From: Candidatus Curtissbacteria bacterium RIFOXYA1_FULL_41_14
Lineage (GTDB): Bacteria; Patescibacteriota; Microgenomatia; Curtissbacterales; GWA2-41-24
Length of the DNA stretch: 64,000 nucleotides
NCBI GenBank assembly: GCA_001775095.1
Contig: MFCA01000025.1
Location: 22,994-86,993, forward strand
Direction: 5' to 3'
Of the stretch, positions 19,002 through 27,239 are shown one piece after another (the stretch's first letter is position 1; each line of letters opens with the position of its first letter). Under the pieces are notes generated by a model. The model was given only the letters and a program-made list of their open reading frames with translations, was not told the DNA's origin and did not search any database. A program made the position numbers and the translations under genes.

Positions 19002-19670
19002 GTGAAGATTTATACAAAAACCGGGGATGGTGGTACCACTTCCCTGTTTGGTGCCCGAAGAGTGGATAAAAATTCGGCAAGGATTGCAGCTTATGGAGAA
19101 GTTGATGAGTTGAATTCGTTAATCGGCGTAATACTTGCAGAATTAACTCCATATCCTGACTGTCATTCTGGGGAGCGAAGCGACTCCAGAATCGATTCTG
19201 GACAAGTCCTTCGACCTCGCTCAGGACCGTTTAAGGATCGTGAGTTTAATCGAACGGCCAGAATGACAAAGCAGAAATTAATCATCAAGAAACTTTTGAG
19301 GATTCAGTCGGAACTTTTTGTTTTAGGTGCTGACTTAGCAACACCAGCTGATGTTAAAACCAAGGTGCCAAGAATCACTAAAAGATATATAACAAGACTT
19401 GAGGAAGAAATTGATTCATGGAGTGATAAATTACCCAAACTACGTAATTTTATATTGCCTGGTGGAAATAAGGTGGGATCAAAGCTTCATCTGGCAAGGT
19501 CGGTTGTCCGGCGTGCAGAAAGAGCAATTGTTGACCTTAATAGGCAAGAAAAAATTAACCAAAATGTATTAATTTACACCAACCGCCTCTCCGATTGGTT
19601 TTTTGTCGCAGCAAGATATATTAACAAACTGGAAAATATCAGGGAAAATATTTGGAAAGGCAGGGGTTAA
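19002..19670 (+). CDS. pduO: ATP:cob(I)alamin adenosyltransferase, PduO type
   Basis: GTG start. MKIYTKTGDGGTTSLFGARRVDKNSARIAAYGEVDELNS... and ...IQSELFVLGADLATP match the PduO/MMAB family. The ORF carries an extra ~36 aa between the first two helices, described in the next feature. Confidence 0.85.
   Translation: MKIYTKTGDGGTTSLFGARRVDKNSARIAAYGEVDELNSLIGVILAELTPYPDCHSGERSDSRIDSGQVLRPRSGPFKDREFNRTARMTKQKLIIKKLLRIQSELFVLGADLATPADVKTKVPRITKRYITRLEEEIDSWSDKLPKLRNFILPGGNKVGSKLHLARSVVRRAERAIVDLNRQEKINQNVLIYTNRLSDWFFVAARYINKLENIRENIWKGRG
19161..19268. mobile_element. Palindromic element copy (reverse orientation) inserted in-frame within pduO (108 nt = 36 codons)
   Basis: tgtcattctgg...ccagaatgaca with inner ccagaatcgattctgg. 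It aligns to the 43683 copy in reverse complement. It encodes PYPDCHSGERSDSRIDSGQVLRPRSGPFKDREFNRTARMTK, with no stop codon, in a loop region of PduO. Confidence 0.7.
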
Positions 19671-19680
19671 TCGATTAGAT

Positions 19681-20280
19681 ATGGCCCTCAACAGAACCGT
19701 GCAACTTAAAAAGATTCGCGATGAAATTTGGAATCTTTCTAAATCCCCTCTTTATAATTATCGCAAGAAAAACAACTACTTTCCGGTTATCGGTGAAGGG
19801 AATCATTTCTCCAAAATTATTTTTATTGGCGAAGCGCCGGGTCAGAGGGAAGCTGAAACGGGTAGGCCTTTCTGCGGAGCGGCTGGAAAAATTTTAGATG
19901 AGCTTTTGGTATCGATTGATTTAAAACGGAAAGATGTCTATATCACTAATGTAGTTAAGGATAGACCTCCTAATAATCGTGATCCGGAGCCTGAGGAAAT
20001 TAAACTTTATTCCCCTTTTTTAGATCGGCAAATTTTAATTATTAAACCCAAAATTATTGCGACCCTGGGGCGTTTCTCAACCAAATATATTTTGGAAAAG
20101 TTTAATTTGTCCGAGAAAAACGAGTCGATCACAAACCTTCATGGCAAGGTTATCGAAGCAAAAGTACCGTTTGGCAAGACAAAAATCATCCCTCTTTATC
20201 ATCCAGCAGTCGTACTTTACAGCGCAGGCAGCAGAAAAGTACTTGAGGAAGATTTTAGAATTTTGAAGGACTTAGTATAA
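19681..20280 (+). CDS. Uracil-DNA glycosylase, family 4
   Basis: The GEAPGQREAETGRPFCGAAGKILDELL motif is typical of family-4 UDG. The track ORF begins at 19603 inside pduO. The probable start is MALNRT at 19681. Confidence 0.8.
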   Translation: MALNRTVQLKKIRDEIWNLSKSPLYNYRKKNNYFPVIGEGNHFSKIIFIGEAPGQREAETGRPFCGAAGKILDELLVSIDLKRKDVYITNVVKDRPPNNRDPEPEEIKLYSPFLDRQILIIKPKIIATLGRFSTKYILEKFNLSEKNESITNLHGKVIEAKVPFGKTKIIPLYHPAVVLYSAGSRKVLEEDFRILKDLV

Positions 20281-20287
20281 TTAAGTT

Positions 20288-20734
20288 GTGAAGTTGATAG
20301 TTATTGCTTTACTTTCTCTGGGATTTGCAAGCGTCTTGGAGTACTTAGGGGCTTTCGTGATAAGCCCACCTTTATGTGGTATGTTCAACCTAGATGATGG
20401 CCTTGAATGTCTTCCACTGTATTTCTGGATTGCACTGCTACTTCTCCTGCTTGGATTATCTTTAGGTTTTGTGATTGGCAACTATCTTGTAAGCAAAGAG
20501 AGATTAACTTTTAACTTGAAAAATTTTTACCTATCATTAATTACTGGCAGTCTAACGATACTTATCGACGGTTTGATAATTGCTGGAGTGATTAATATTG
20601 CTAATAGCCGCTTTTTCGGAATGCGTGGGGTGCCTAGTCACCTAGACGGTCCCGGTTTTGTTTTACTTGGTGGACTTAGTTTTCTTTTCTGGTTATGGAT
20701 TACGACAAAACTAAAGCAAAAATTTTTGGCCTAA
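20288..20734 (+). CDS. Hypothetical membrane protein (4 TM)
   Basis: A 148-aa hydrophobic ORF with a GTG start. Confidence 0.45.
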   Translation: MKLIVIALLSLGFASVLEYLGAFVISPPLCGMFNLDDGLECLPLYFWIALLLLLLGLSLGFVIGNYLVSKERLTFNLKNFYLSLITGSLTILIDGLIIAGVINIANSRFFGMRGVPSHLDGPGFVLLGGLSFLFWLWITTKLKQKFLA

Positions 20735-20743
20735 ATTGATTTT

Positions 20744-20770
20744 TAGCTGCACTTGCTCCAGCCGCAGGAG
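20744..20770. repeat. 27-bp direct repeat (left copy) duplicating the last 8 codons plus stop of nrdJ
   Basis: tagctgcacttgctccagccgcaggag matches tagctgcatttgctccagccgcaggag at 21256-21282 at 26 of 27 positions. Its reverse complement also encodes SCGWSKCS*. It directly abuts the DUF2283 stop codon. Confidence 0.8.
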
Positions 20771-21001
20771 TTAAACTGAGTGAGAAATCCTCCCCCGATA
20801 TGTTGGGAGTGTAAAAGTCACCGAATCTAAATTTTTCTTTGAGAGCTTTTTGGAAGCGTCGAGAACTTCGATTCCAATTAGTTCTCTGCCTGCATAATCC
20901 ACAATAAGATCAGCACTCACCTCTTCTGTTCGAGTACTTTTCTTTTTATCCGAAAGATAAATATACATGGCATCTGCCACCGGATCATATGTGATTTTCA
21001 T
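20771..21001 (-). CDS. DUF2283-family protein (putative antitoxin paired with DUF4258)
   Basis: MKITYDPVADAMYIYLSDKK... is the characteristic DUF2283 N-terminus. It is 76 aa long. Confidence 0.7.
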   Translation of the reverse strand: MKITYDPVADAMYIYLSDKKKSTRTEEVSADLIVDYAGRELIGIEVLDASKKLSKKNLDSVTFTLPTYRGRISHSV

Positions 21002-21013
21002 AGTCAGTCTATT

Positions 21014-21250
21014 TTACTTTTCTGACCTTTTTTTCGCAAGCCAGTACAGAGTTACCACTACTAACTGTTTTTCTTCTTCGGATATTATTAATTTCAGGTA
21101 ATTTTTGCCGAAATTTTTTAAATAGATTTTTTTGTCTTCTCTTGCTGGCAATATTTTATCCGGGTTTTTAGCACATTCGTCCGCTAACTCTTTTTTAAGC
21201 TTGCGTTGTGCAAGCATTTCCAGAGCATGTTTTGTGTAAATAATAGTCAC
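21014..21250 (-). CDS. DUF4258-family protein (putative toxin)
   Basis: (V)TIIYTKHALEMLAQRKL... matches the DUF4258 pattern (I.FT.HA...M..R.I). The track ORF start (TTG at 21319) reads through the nrdJ 3' end. GTG at 21250 or ATG at 21217 is more likely. Confidence 0.6.
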   Translation of the reverse strand: MTIIYTKHALEMLAQRKLKKELADECAKNPDKILPAREDKKIYLKNFGKNYLKLIISEEEKQLVVVTLYWLAKKRSEK

Positions 21251-21254
21251 GTAC

Positions 21255-24080
21255 CTAGCTGCATTTGCTCCAGCCGCAGGAGGGATTGATGCATTGACGG
21301 CAGCCTTCGGCAAAGACAACCGGGCTTGCGCAATCTGGGCAAACTACAAATTTATTTTCAATTATTTTTTCCTGATGAATGCTACTTACCGAACCGGTGT
21401 CGATTTGGTACTTACCCCCGACTGGGATATTCATCTGGGTACTTTTGGTGTTTCCCTTTGTTAAACCATTACCACTTCCTGTTTGACCGTTGGTATAAGC
21501 TGATTTGGCCGGGTAGTTTGTATGGCCGTTGGTTAAGGGAGTTTTTACAATGGATTCGATTGGTTCGTCTTGCCCAACTACTGGAAGGGTAAGTTGTTTG
21601 GCTTTGGCAATCTCCAATAAGGATTTACCGACGGCATCAAAGGCGGAAAGGACGCTGTCCGGTCCGATACCATAGGGCGTACCACAGGATATCCCGACTA
21701 GGTCTGTAGCAACCTCCTCCAAGCTCGCACCATATTTCAGGGCGCGGGATGCCAATCTGCCTGTAACTTCAGCGGCACCAGCCACATAACCGCCTGTTTT
21801 ACCGATAGTTACAAAAACCTCAACCGGCATACCTTCAGCATCCCGAAATACGGATGTATAAACATATCCAACATCAGCTTTCTTGCGAACTCTCATTCCC
21901 ACAGCTTCAGTTGGGGTCGACTTTTTTCTAGGAATTTGTGGTTGTGGTTCTTGGTAAATACGTTTACCGGTAAGCTGGTCATAATAAGAGTTATCTTTTT
22001 TAACCTCCAGGACTTGCTTAATTCTTGAACCGTCGCGATAAATTGTAGTCATGCGGCAACCAAGTTCGTATGTCAGCCAATAAGCTTGCCGGACATCTTC
22101 GACAGTCGCTTCATTTGGAAAATTGATTGTTTTGGAAATTCCGTTGTCAGTGTATTTCTGGAAAGCTGCTTCCATACGGATATGATCAGCAGGAGAAATA
22201 TCTTGGGCAACTACAAAAACCCTTGTCAGATCCTGAGGTATCTCACCTAAATTCTGAATTGAACCACGATTCTCTTCAATCTTGGAAAGTAATTGGTCGG
22301 AATCAATCCCCTTATTTTTCAAGGCCCCTAAAAAGTAGGAGTTAGTATTAAAAAGTCTTTTACCCTCGATGGTATTTTTGGCAAATGTCAGCGCAAAATA
22401 CGGTTCAATACCGCTGGAACAATCAGCAAGCAGGGAAATTGTGCCGGTTGGAGCGATAGTTGTTCTGGCAGCATTTCTTGGATGAATTTTACCTGGTTGG
22501 TTGTAGATAGAATCTTTGAAGGATGGAAATACCCCGCGAACCTTTGCTAGGTTCACACTGGCATTGTCTGCTTCATCTTGAATGAACTTCATGACTTTTT
22601 CTGCCAAGGAGAAAGCTTCAAAAGTGTTATAGCCAATACCAAGTTTGGCCAGCATATCTGCCCAGCCCATAACTCCAAGGCCGATTCTTCTGATTTTTGA
22701 GGTCATCTGGTCAATTTCCGCAACCGGATATTCGTTCATATCAAGAACGTTATCCAAAAAGTGAACTGCCTTGTGGATTGTTTGTTTTAACTCTTGCCAG
22801 TCGATTCTTTCTTCGACCGGTTCATCATATTGAGCGGAAGCCCTTCGACTTTGCTCAGGATCTTCGACCCTTCGACTTTGCTCAGGATCTTCGACCCTTC
22901 GACTTTGCTCAGTGTCTTCGACTTCGTCTTTAACGAACTTGGAGAGATTAACAGAGCCTAAAGTACAGGCATCATATGGGAGAAGCGGCTGTTCTGCACA
23001 GGGATTGGTAGCTTCGATTTGGCCAAGTTTTGGAGTTGGATTAGCCCGGGAATCGTTGATTCTATCAATTAAAACCACTCCCGGATCTCCGTACTGCCAG
23101 GCAAGTCTGGTTATTAAATCAAAGACTCTTTTGGCATTGAGTTTGTCAGTAACTTCACCGGTCCGAGGATTAACAAGGTTGTATCCTTCCCCTTTATGTT
23201 TAGCACGACAAGCTTCATATAACTTTCTAACTGCTTCTTCAACGCGAACATTTTTAAGATCAAGGTCGCGAATTGTGTATGCTTCTCTTATTTCTTCTAT
23301 AATCTCGTTAATTTCCAACTCGCCATCCGCACCTCGACTACGCTCGGTGTCTTCGACAAACTTGGCATCTTTTTTGACTTTTTCCATAAATTCCTCAGTT
23401 ATACTTATGGAGATATTAAAGTTAGTTAGCGAAAACTCATCGACTTTGTGAACTGCAAAACGCAAAATATCAGGGTGTGTATAGTGAAGGATTCCCATAT
23501 TAGCACCGCGGCGAACTCCACCCTGTCTTATTTGCGAAGTTACGTCGTTATAGGCTTGCAAAAAAGCAACTGGACCGGTTGATTTGCCCTTTGAGGTACC
23601 AATAATATCGTCTTTTGGACGGAGCTTGGAAAAAGAAAAGCCTGTCCCACCGCCCATTTTATGAATCATTGCCATATCCCGCATCGTTCTGAGAATTGAT
23701 TCCATATCATCCTCAATAGGTAAGACAAAACAAGCTGAAAGCGATTGGCCGGTTTTACCGGAGTTGACTAAAGTCGGAGTATTGGGAATAAATCTCTGGG
23801 AAGCCATAAGTTTGTAAAATTCTTTGGCTGTCTTTTTGTGGATATTGCCTTCGTAAATTCTGTCGGCAGCGGCAATATAGTAGGCAACACGCCAGAAAAG
23901 TTTTTTTGGAGTTTCTACCGGTTCCCCTTTCTCGTTACGGAAAGAGTAACGGGTTTGGGCAATATAGGCAGCATTTTCGGATAGAGTCGGTTCAAATAAA
24001 TCTTTCGGGACAGCCGGAATCTTTCTGCCTATTGCGCGAACATCTTCTCTTGTGAATTTCTTCTTTAACACTTTTTTCAT
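21255..24080 (-). CDS. nrdJ: Ribonucleoside-diphosphate/triphosphate reductase, class II (adenosylcobalamin-dependent)
   Basis: A 941-aa protein with the class II RNR fold signature and a C-terminal Cys-rich zinc ribbon (CPDCASP...CRQCINPSCGWSKCS). It overlaps nrdR by 4 nt. It contains in-frame repeat insertions, described in the next feature. Confidence 0.9.
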   Translation of the reverse strand: MKKVLKKKFTREDVRAIGRKIPAVPKDLFEPTLSENAAYIAQTRYSFRNEKGEPVETPKKLFWRVAYYIAAADRIYEGNIHKKTAKEFYKLMASQRFIPNTPTLVNSGKTGQSLSACFVLPIEDDMESILRTMRDMAMIHKMGGGTGFSFSKLRPKDDIIGTSKGKSTGPVAFLQAYNDVTSQIRQGGVRRGANMGILHYTHPDILRFAVHKVDEFSLTNFNISISITEEFMEKVKKDAKFVEDTERSRGADGELEINEIIEEIREAYTIRDLDLKNVRVEEAVRKLYEACRAKHKGEGYNLVNPRTGEVTDKLNAKRVFDLITRLAWQYGDPGVVLIDRINDSRANPTPKLGQIEATNPCAEQPLLPYDACTLGSVNLSKFVKDEVEDTEQSRRVEDPEQSRRVEDPEQSRRASAQYDEPVEERIDWQELKQTIHKAVHFLDNVLDMNEYPVAEIDQMTSKIRRIGLGVMGWADMLAKLGIGYNTFEAFSLAEKVMKFIQDEADNASVNLAKVRGVFPSFKDSIYNQPGKIHPRNAARTTIAPTGTISLLADCSSGIEPYFALTFAKNTIEGKRLFNTNSYFLGALKNKGIDSDQLLSKIEENRGSIQNLGEIPQDLTRVFVVAQDISPADHIRMEAAFQKYTDNGISKTINFPNEATVEDVRQAYWLTYELGCRMTTIYRDGSRIKQVLEVKKDNSYYDQLTGKRIYQEPQPQIPRKKSTPTEAVGMRVRKKADVGYVYTSVFRDAEGMPVEVFVTIGKTGGYVAGAAEVTGRLASRALKYGASLEEVATDLVGISCGTPYGIGPDSVLSAFDAVGKSLLEIAKAKQLTLPVVGQDEPIESIVKTPLTNGHTNYPAKSAYTNGQTGSGNGLTKGNTKSTQMNIPVGGKYQIDTGSVSSIHQEKIIENKFVVCPDCASPVVFAEGCRQCINPSCGWSKCS
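21256..21282. repeat. 27-bp direct repeat (right copy) equal to the authentic 3' end of the nrdJ CDS
   Basis: Pairs with 20744-20770 at 26 of 27 positions and brackets the DUF4258/DUF2283 cassette. Confidence 0.8.
22841..22921. repeat. Three tandem in-frame copies of a 27-nt unit (ccttcgactttgctcaggatcttcgac) within nrdJ
   Basis: Encodes ...VEDTEQSRRVEDPEQSRRVEDPEQSRR... A further single copy sits at about 23332-23357 (VEDTERSRG). The same unit is in gltX and in the palindromic elements. Confidence 0.85.
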
Positions 24081-24541
24081 TTATTTTTTAATCCTTTCGA
24101 TAGCTTGGAAAGCTCTTTTTCAAAATCAGACAGATCAGCAAATTGTCTATAGACACTGGCAAAGCGAATATAAGAAATCTCATCTAATTTCTTGAGTCTT
24201 TTAATAACCATTTCTCCGATTTTCTTACTTAAAATCTCGCTAGCGTTAATCTTTCGCAGTTCAGCTTCTGACTCGTCGACAATTTTTTCAATATCCCCGG
24301 CAGAAACGGGTCTCTTTTCGCATGATTTTATAATGCCGCCCCTCAACTTTGCCCTATCAAAGATTTCTCTTCTGCCGTCTTTTTTAATAACCAAAAGATC
24401 CAGAGTCTCAATTTTTTCAAATGTAGTAAACCGACGACCACATTTCAGACATTCACGTCTGCGCCTGATTGTTTTGACATCATTGCCTTCTCTTTTATCG
24501 ACAACACGAGTCTTTCTGTGCTCACAAAAAGGACAAATCAC
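24077..24541 (-). CDS. nrdR: Transcriptional repressor NrdR
   Basis: MICPFCEHRKTRVVDKREG...CLKCGRRFTTFE zinc ribbon plus an ATP-cone domain. It is translationally coupled to nrdJ. Confidence 0.9.
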   Translation of the reverse strand: MICPFCEHRKTRVVDKREGNDVKTIRRRRECLKCGRRFTTFEKIETLDLLVIKKDGRREIFDRAKLRGGIIKSCEKRPVSAGDIEKIVDESEAELRKINASEILSKKIGEMVIKRLKKLDEISYIRFASVYRQFADLSDFEKELSKLSKGLKNK

Positions 24542-24632
24542 ACTACTTCCCTCACAAAATTATTCACTGCCCTGTACTTGAAAATCTTTGCCCTTAGCTG
24601 CAGGTTTCAATGTTTCACGAAATTGCTAAAGG

Positions 24633-24646
24633 CACAATATATTGTG
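24633..24646. promoter_or_regulatory. NrdR box (CACAATATATTGTG) upstream of nrdR-nrdJ
   Basis: A perfect 14-bp palindrome matching the established NrdR-box consensus (aCaCwAtATaTwGtGt), about 90 bp upstream of the nrdR start. Confidence 0.55.
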
Positions 24647-24786
24647 GTCTAATTCCAGATTAGACACTACATCTACGATTTGTCAAGACCCTAAAAATAT
24701 TAAATTCCAATTTCCAAATTCCAATTTCCAATGAAGAATAAGACAAGTATAAACCGAAGGAAACCCGAAGTCAAGAAGGTCGAAGC

Positions 24787-25128
24787 TTAATTAATAAACC
24801 CAAGAAGCTCCTTTGAGTCCTGGGACATTTTTGAAGGATTCCAGGGAGGATCAAATGTTAATTCGACTAAAACAGCAGAGACCCCCTTAAGGGCTCGAAC
24901 CTTGTCTGTGATATCTTTTATGAAGAATGAGCCCATCGGGCATCCAGAAGTGGTAACGGTCATTAAGACATTGACTCTGCTGCCTTCGATATTGACAGCG
25001 TATATTAGGCCCAAATCAACAATATTGATACCCAATTCGGGATCGATACACTGCTTTAATTTCTTAATTACCTCTTCTTGAGTAATCATTTTAACCTTAA
25101 ATTCATTATACGGCTTATCCCCAGTCAA
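24787..25128 (-). CDS. DUF59-family protein (MIP18/SufT-like Fe-S assembly factor)
   Basis: CIDPELGINIVDLGLIY... is the core DUF59 motif. It is 113 aa long. Confidence 0.7.
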   Translation of the reverse strand: MTGDKPYNEFKVKMITQEEVIKKLKQCIDPELGINIVDLGLIYAVNIEGSRVNVLMTVTTSGCPMGSFFIKDITDKVRALKGVSAVLVELTFDPPWNPSKMSQDSKELLGFIN

Positions 25129-25236
25129 TGATAGTTTGACAAATTATATTTGACTTCTTAAGAAATATTGATCTATTCTAACATAGAGTGGAGCTCTCTT
25201 TCGTTAAAACTTTGGAGGGCGAGGGAGGTGATTGTA

Positions 25237-25638
25237 ATGGACCAAAAAAAGGTTGTTAATTTTTTAAGCTTTTGGGTAGCAAATACGGTAGTTCTGCTTT
25301 TAGGCTCGGTCGTTTTGAAAAGTAATGTAGTTTTGGGAAATGATAAACTTTCGGCTCCCCTGGCCGCCATTATTTCGGGTCTTATTCTGACTGGCCTAAT
25401 CTACTTGGTTCCTGAGGTTGTTAAAAGAAGCGGTTATAAAATAAAGGACCAGAATATCTGGGTCGCAGCATATTTTATAGCCAATGTGGCCATCATCTGG
25501 ATTATTAAAAGGCTGGCGATAATAACTGCTTTTGGGATTTCAAGTATTTTTTGGGTACTGGTTGTGGCTTTAGTTGTCACGCTCGTTGAATTGGGCGTTG
25601 CCAAAATTACGGGAGCGATGAAATTGGCCAAAAAGTAG
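25237..25638 (+). CDS. Hypothetical membrane protein
   Basis: A strong SD (gggaggtg) lies 5 nt before the ATG at 25237. There are four predicted TM helices. The track start at 25168 is probably too early. Confidence 0.5.
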   Translation: MDQKKVVNFLSFWVANTVVLLLGSVVLKSNVVLGNDKLSAPLAAIISGLILTGLIYLVPEVVKRSGYKIKDQNIWVAAYFIANVAIIWIIKRLAIITAFGISSIFWVLVVALVVTLVELGVAKITGAMKLAKK

Positions 25639-25698
25639 AAATTAGGACACTGGGAATTAAATTTGCTCAAGTACAAATTTTTTACTCGATAGCTTCTT

Positions 25699-26262
25699 GT
25701 GAACAATTTTGACAAAAAAACACTCAGAGATATTTTTCTTTCCAAGAGACTTGCGCTTTCCAAAAAATTTATTGCCCAAACAAGCCGGAACATAACAGAC
25801 AAAATTCTTTCTGTTGGTAAGATTGCAGACAGTCAGCTTTTCTCCATATATTTACCAATCAAAAATGAGGTTGAAACTAAATTAATTATTGACTCTCTTA
25901 ATCTACGGGACGCCAAAATCTTGGTACCTGCCTATTCTACAAAGATTAAAGACTACGTATTTAGCAAATTTGGAAATTGGCAAAGTTTGGAAAAAGGACC
26001 AAGGGGAATTCTCCAGCCAAGAATCATTGAGCCTGTCGATCCATCACTTGTTGACGTGGCTATTTTGCCCGGACTGGCATTTTCCAAAAGGGGCGTAAGA
26101 CTTGGGTACGGTAAGGGAGTTTTTGATAGACTATTTTCCAATTCAAAAGCTATTAGAATTGGGCTTGCCTATGACTTCCAGATTGTCGATAAAATTCCCC
26201 AAGAAGAACATGATCTGGTGATGGACATTATAATCACGGAAAAAAGAGTTCTTCGTTCATAG
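25699..26262 (+). CDS. 5-formyltetrahydrofolate cyclo-ligase
   Basis: ILVPAYS...LPGLAFSKRGVRLGYGKGVFDRL is the 5-FCL family signature. Confidence 0.75.
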   Translation: MNNFDKKTLRDIFLSKRLALSKKFIAQTSRNITDKILSVGKIADSQLFSIYLPIKNEVETKLIIDSLNLRDAKILVPAYSTKIKDYVFSKFGNWQSLEKGPRGILQPRIIEPVDPSLVDVAILPGLAFSKRGVRLGYGKGVFDRLFSNSKAIRIGLAYDFQIVDKIPQEEHDLVMDIIITEKRVLRS

Positions 26263-26283
26263 TTCACAGTTCATAGTTCATGG

Positions 26284-27189
26284 TTATTTGATAATGACCG
26301 CGTTTGGCAAATTGCGTCCCGGACCGACTTTGTAGCCACCGTCGTAGAGGGCAACTGAGCCTCCCCCATCAAGATTTAAGGCTTCTTGGGCGCCAAGAGA
26401 CTTAAAGATATTAGCAAGGTCAAAGTAACTTGAGGATCTGGCAACAACTAAAAACAATTTACCTCCCCCGAATCCGATTCCGCTTCTCGTACCTTTGGCG
26501 CCGTCACTAACCAATACCTGGCCGCCGGAGACTAAAGAGGGATAATTAACGATACCTCCGGTGATATCGGCTGGTGCTCCGACACAACCTGCACAAGGAA
26601 AGAATTGAGCAGATCCGGGGCGAAAAACCATCATTCCCCTGCCGCCCCAAAAAAGGGTTGTGGCGTTAATCCATTTTTTGTTGCGGTTGTTCCAAACGGC
26701 AAAATCGAAAGAATTAACTTTACCACCGCAGGACGCATAATCCGGCGGGCAAAAGTATGTACCGTTCATGCCTGCTCTTCCTCCGTTTTCAGCTATGTAT
26801 TGAGCTAAAGGTTTGACCGGACAATCGTTGCCGCAATCATTATCATTGGCGCTATCTGTAACTATGGTTGTTGAGGCAAGATCGAAAGTTAAAACGGTGT
26901 AGTTGCCGCCTGAGGTGACAGTTGCATTTGACGATTGAGAAGAAGATGTTGGAGATGGCTTCGGCGAAAGAGAAGGCGTGGGATTTGGAGTTGGTGTTTG
27001 GGTGGGACTTGGGCTTGGAGTTGGACTTGGTGTAATAGAAGGTGTCGGGGAAACTTCGGAAGTTGGGGTTGACAAAACGGCTTGCGTATTTGGTAACTGG
27101 CTCTTGAAGGTGACGTAGGCGATTGAAATAAGGCTGGTTATGGCGATTGGGATAACGATGAGGAAGGCAGTGAATCCCTTTTTGCTCAC
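26284..27189 (-). CDS. Secreted phosphodiester glycosidase-like protein (DUF2233) with a Pro/Thr/Ser-rich linker
   Basis: N-terminal TM/signal sequence, a PT-rich low-complexity linker, and a C-terminal domain with the NLDGGGS motif. Confidence 0.55.
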   Translation of the reverse strand: MSKKGFTAFLIVIPIAITSLISIAYVTFKSQLPNTQAVLSTPTSEVSPTPSITPSPTPSPSPTQTPTPNPTPSLSPKPSPTSSSQSSNATVTSGGNYTVLTFDLASTTIVTDSANDNDCGNDCPVKPLAQYIAENGGRAGMNGTYFCPPDYASCGGKVNSFDFAVWNNRNKKWINATTLFWGGRGMMVFRPGSAQFFPCAGCVGAPADITGGIVNYPSLVSGGQVLVSDGAKGTRSGIGFGGGKLFLVVARSSSYFDLANIFKSLGAQEALNLDGGGSVALYDGGYKVGPGRNLPNAVIIK

Positions 27190-27239
27190 TGTCTAATTAT
27201 AACTTGCTCAAAGATATTGCGCATGCGGATTATTTTTAA

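Noticed and set aside
21014-21319. Full-length track ORF beginning at TTG 21319
   Set aside because: Its first 23 codons overlap the nrdJ 3' end in another frame and lie within the duplicated 27-mer. The DUF4258 homology begins at about residue 24, so a start at GTG 21250 or ATG 21217 is more plausible.
24706-24737. Short tandem heptamer array (a/t)ttccaa x4-5 upstream of the NrdR box
   Set aside because: It is too short and imperfect for a confident microsatellite or regulatory iteron call. It is noted only as simple sequence.
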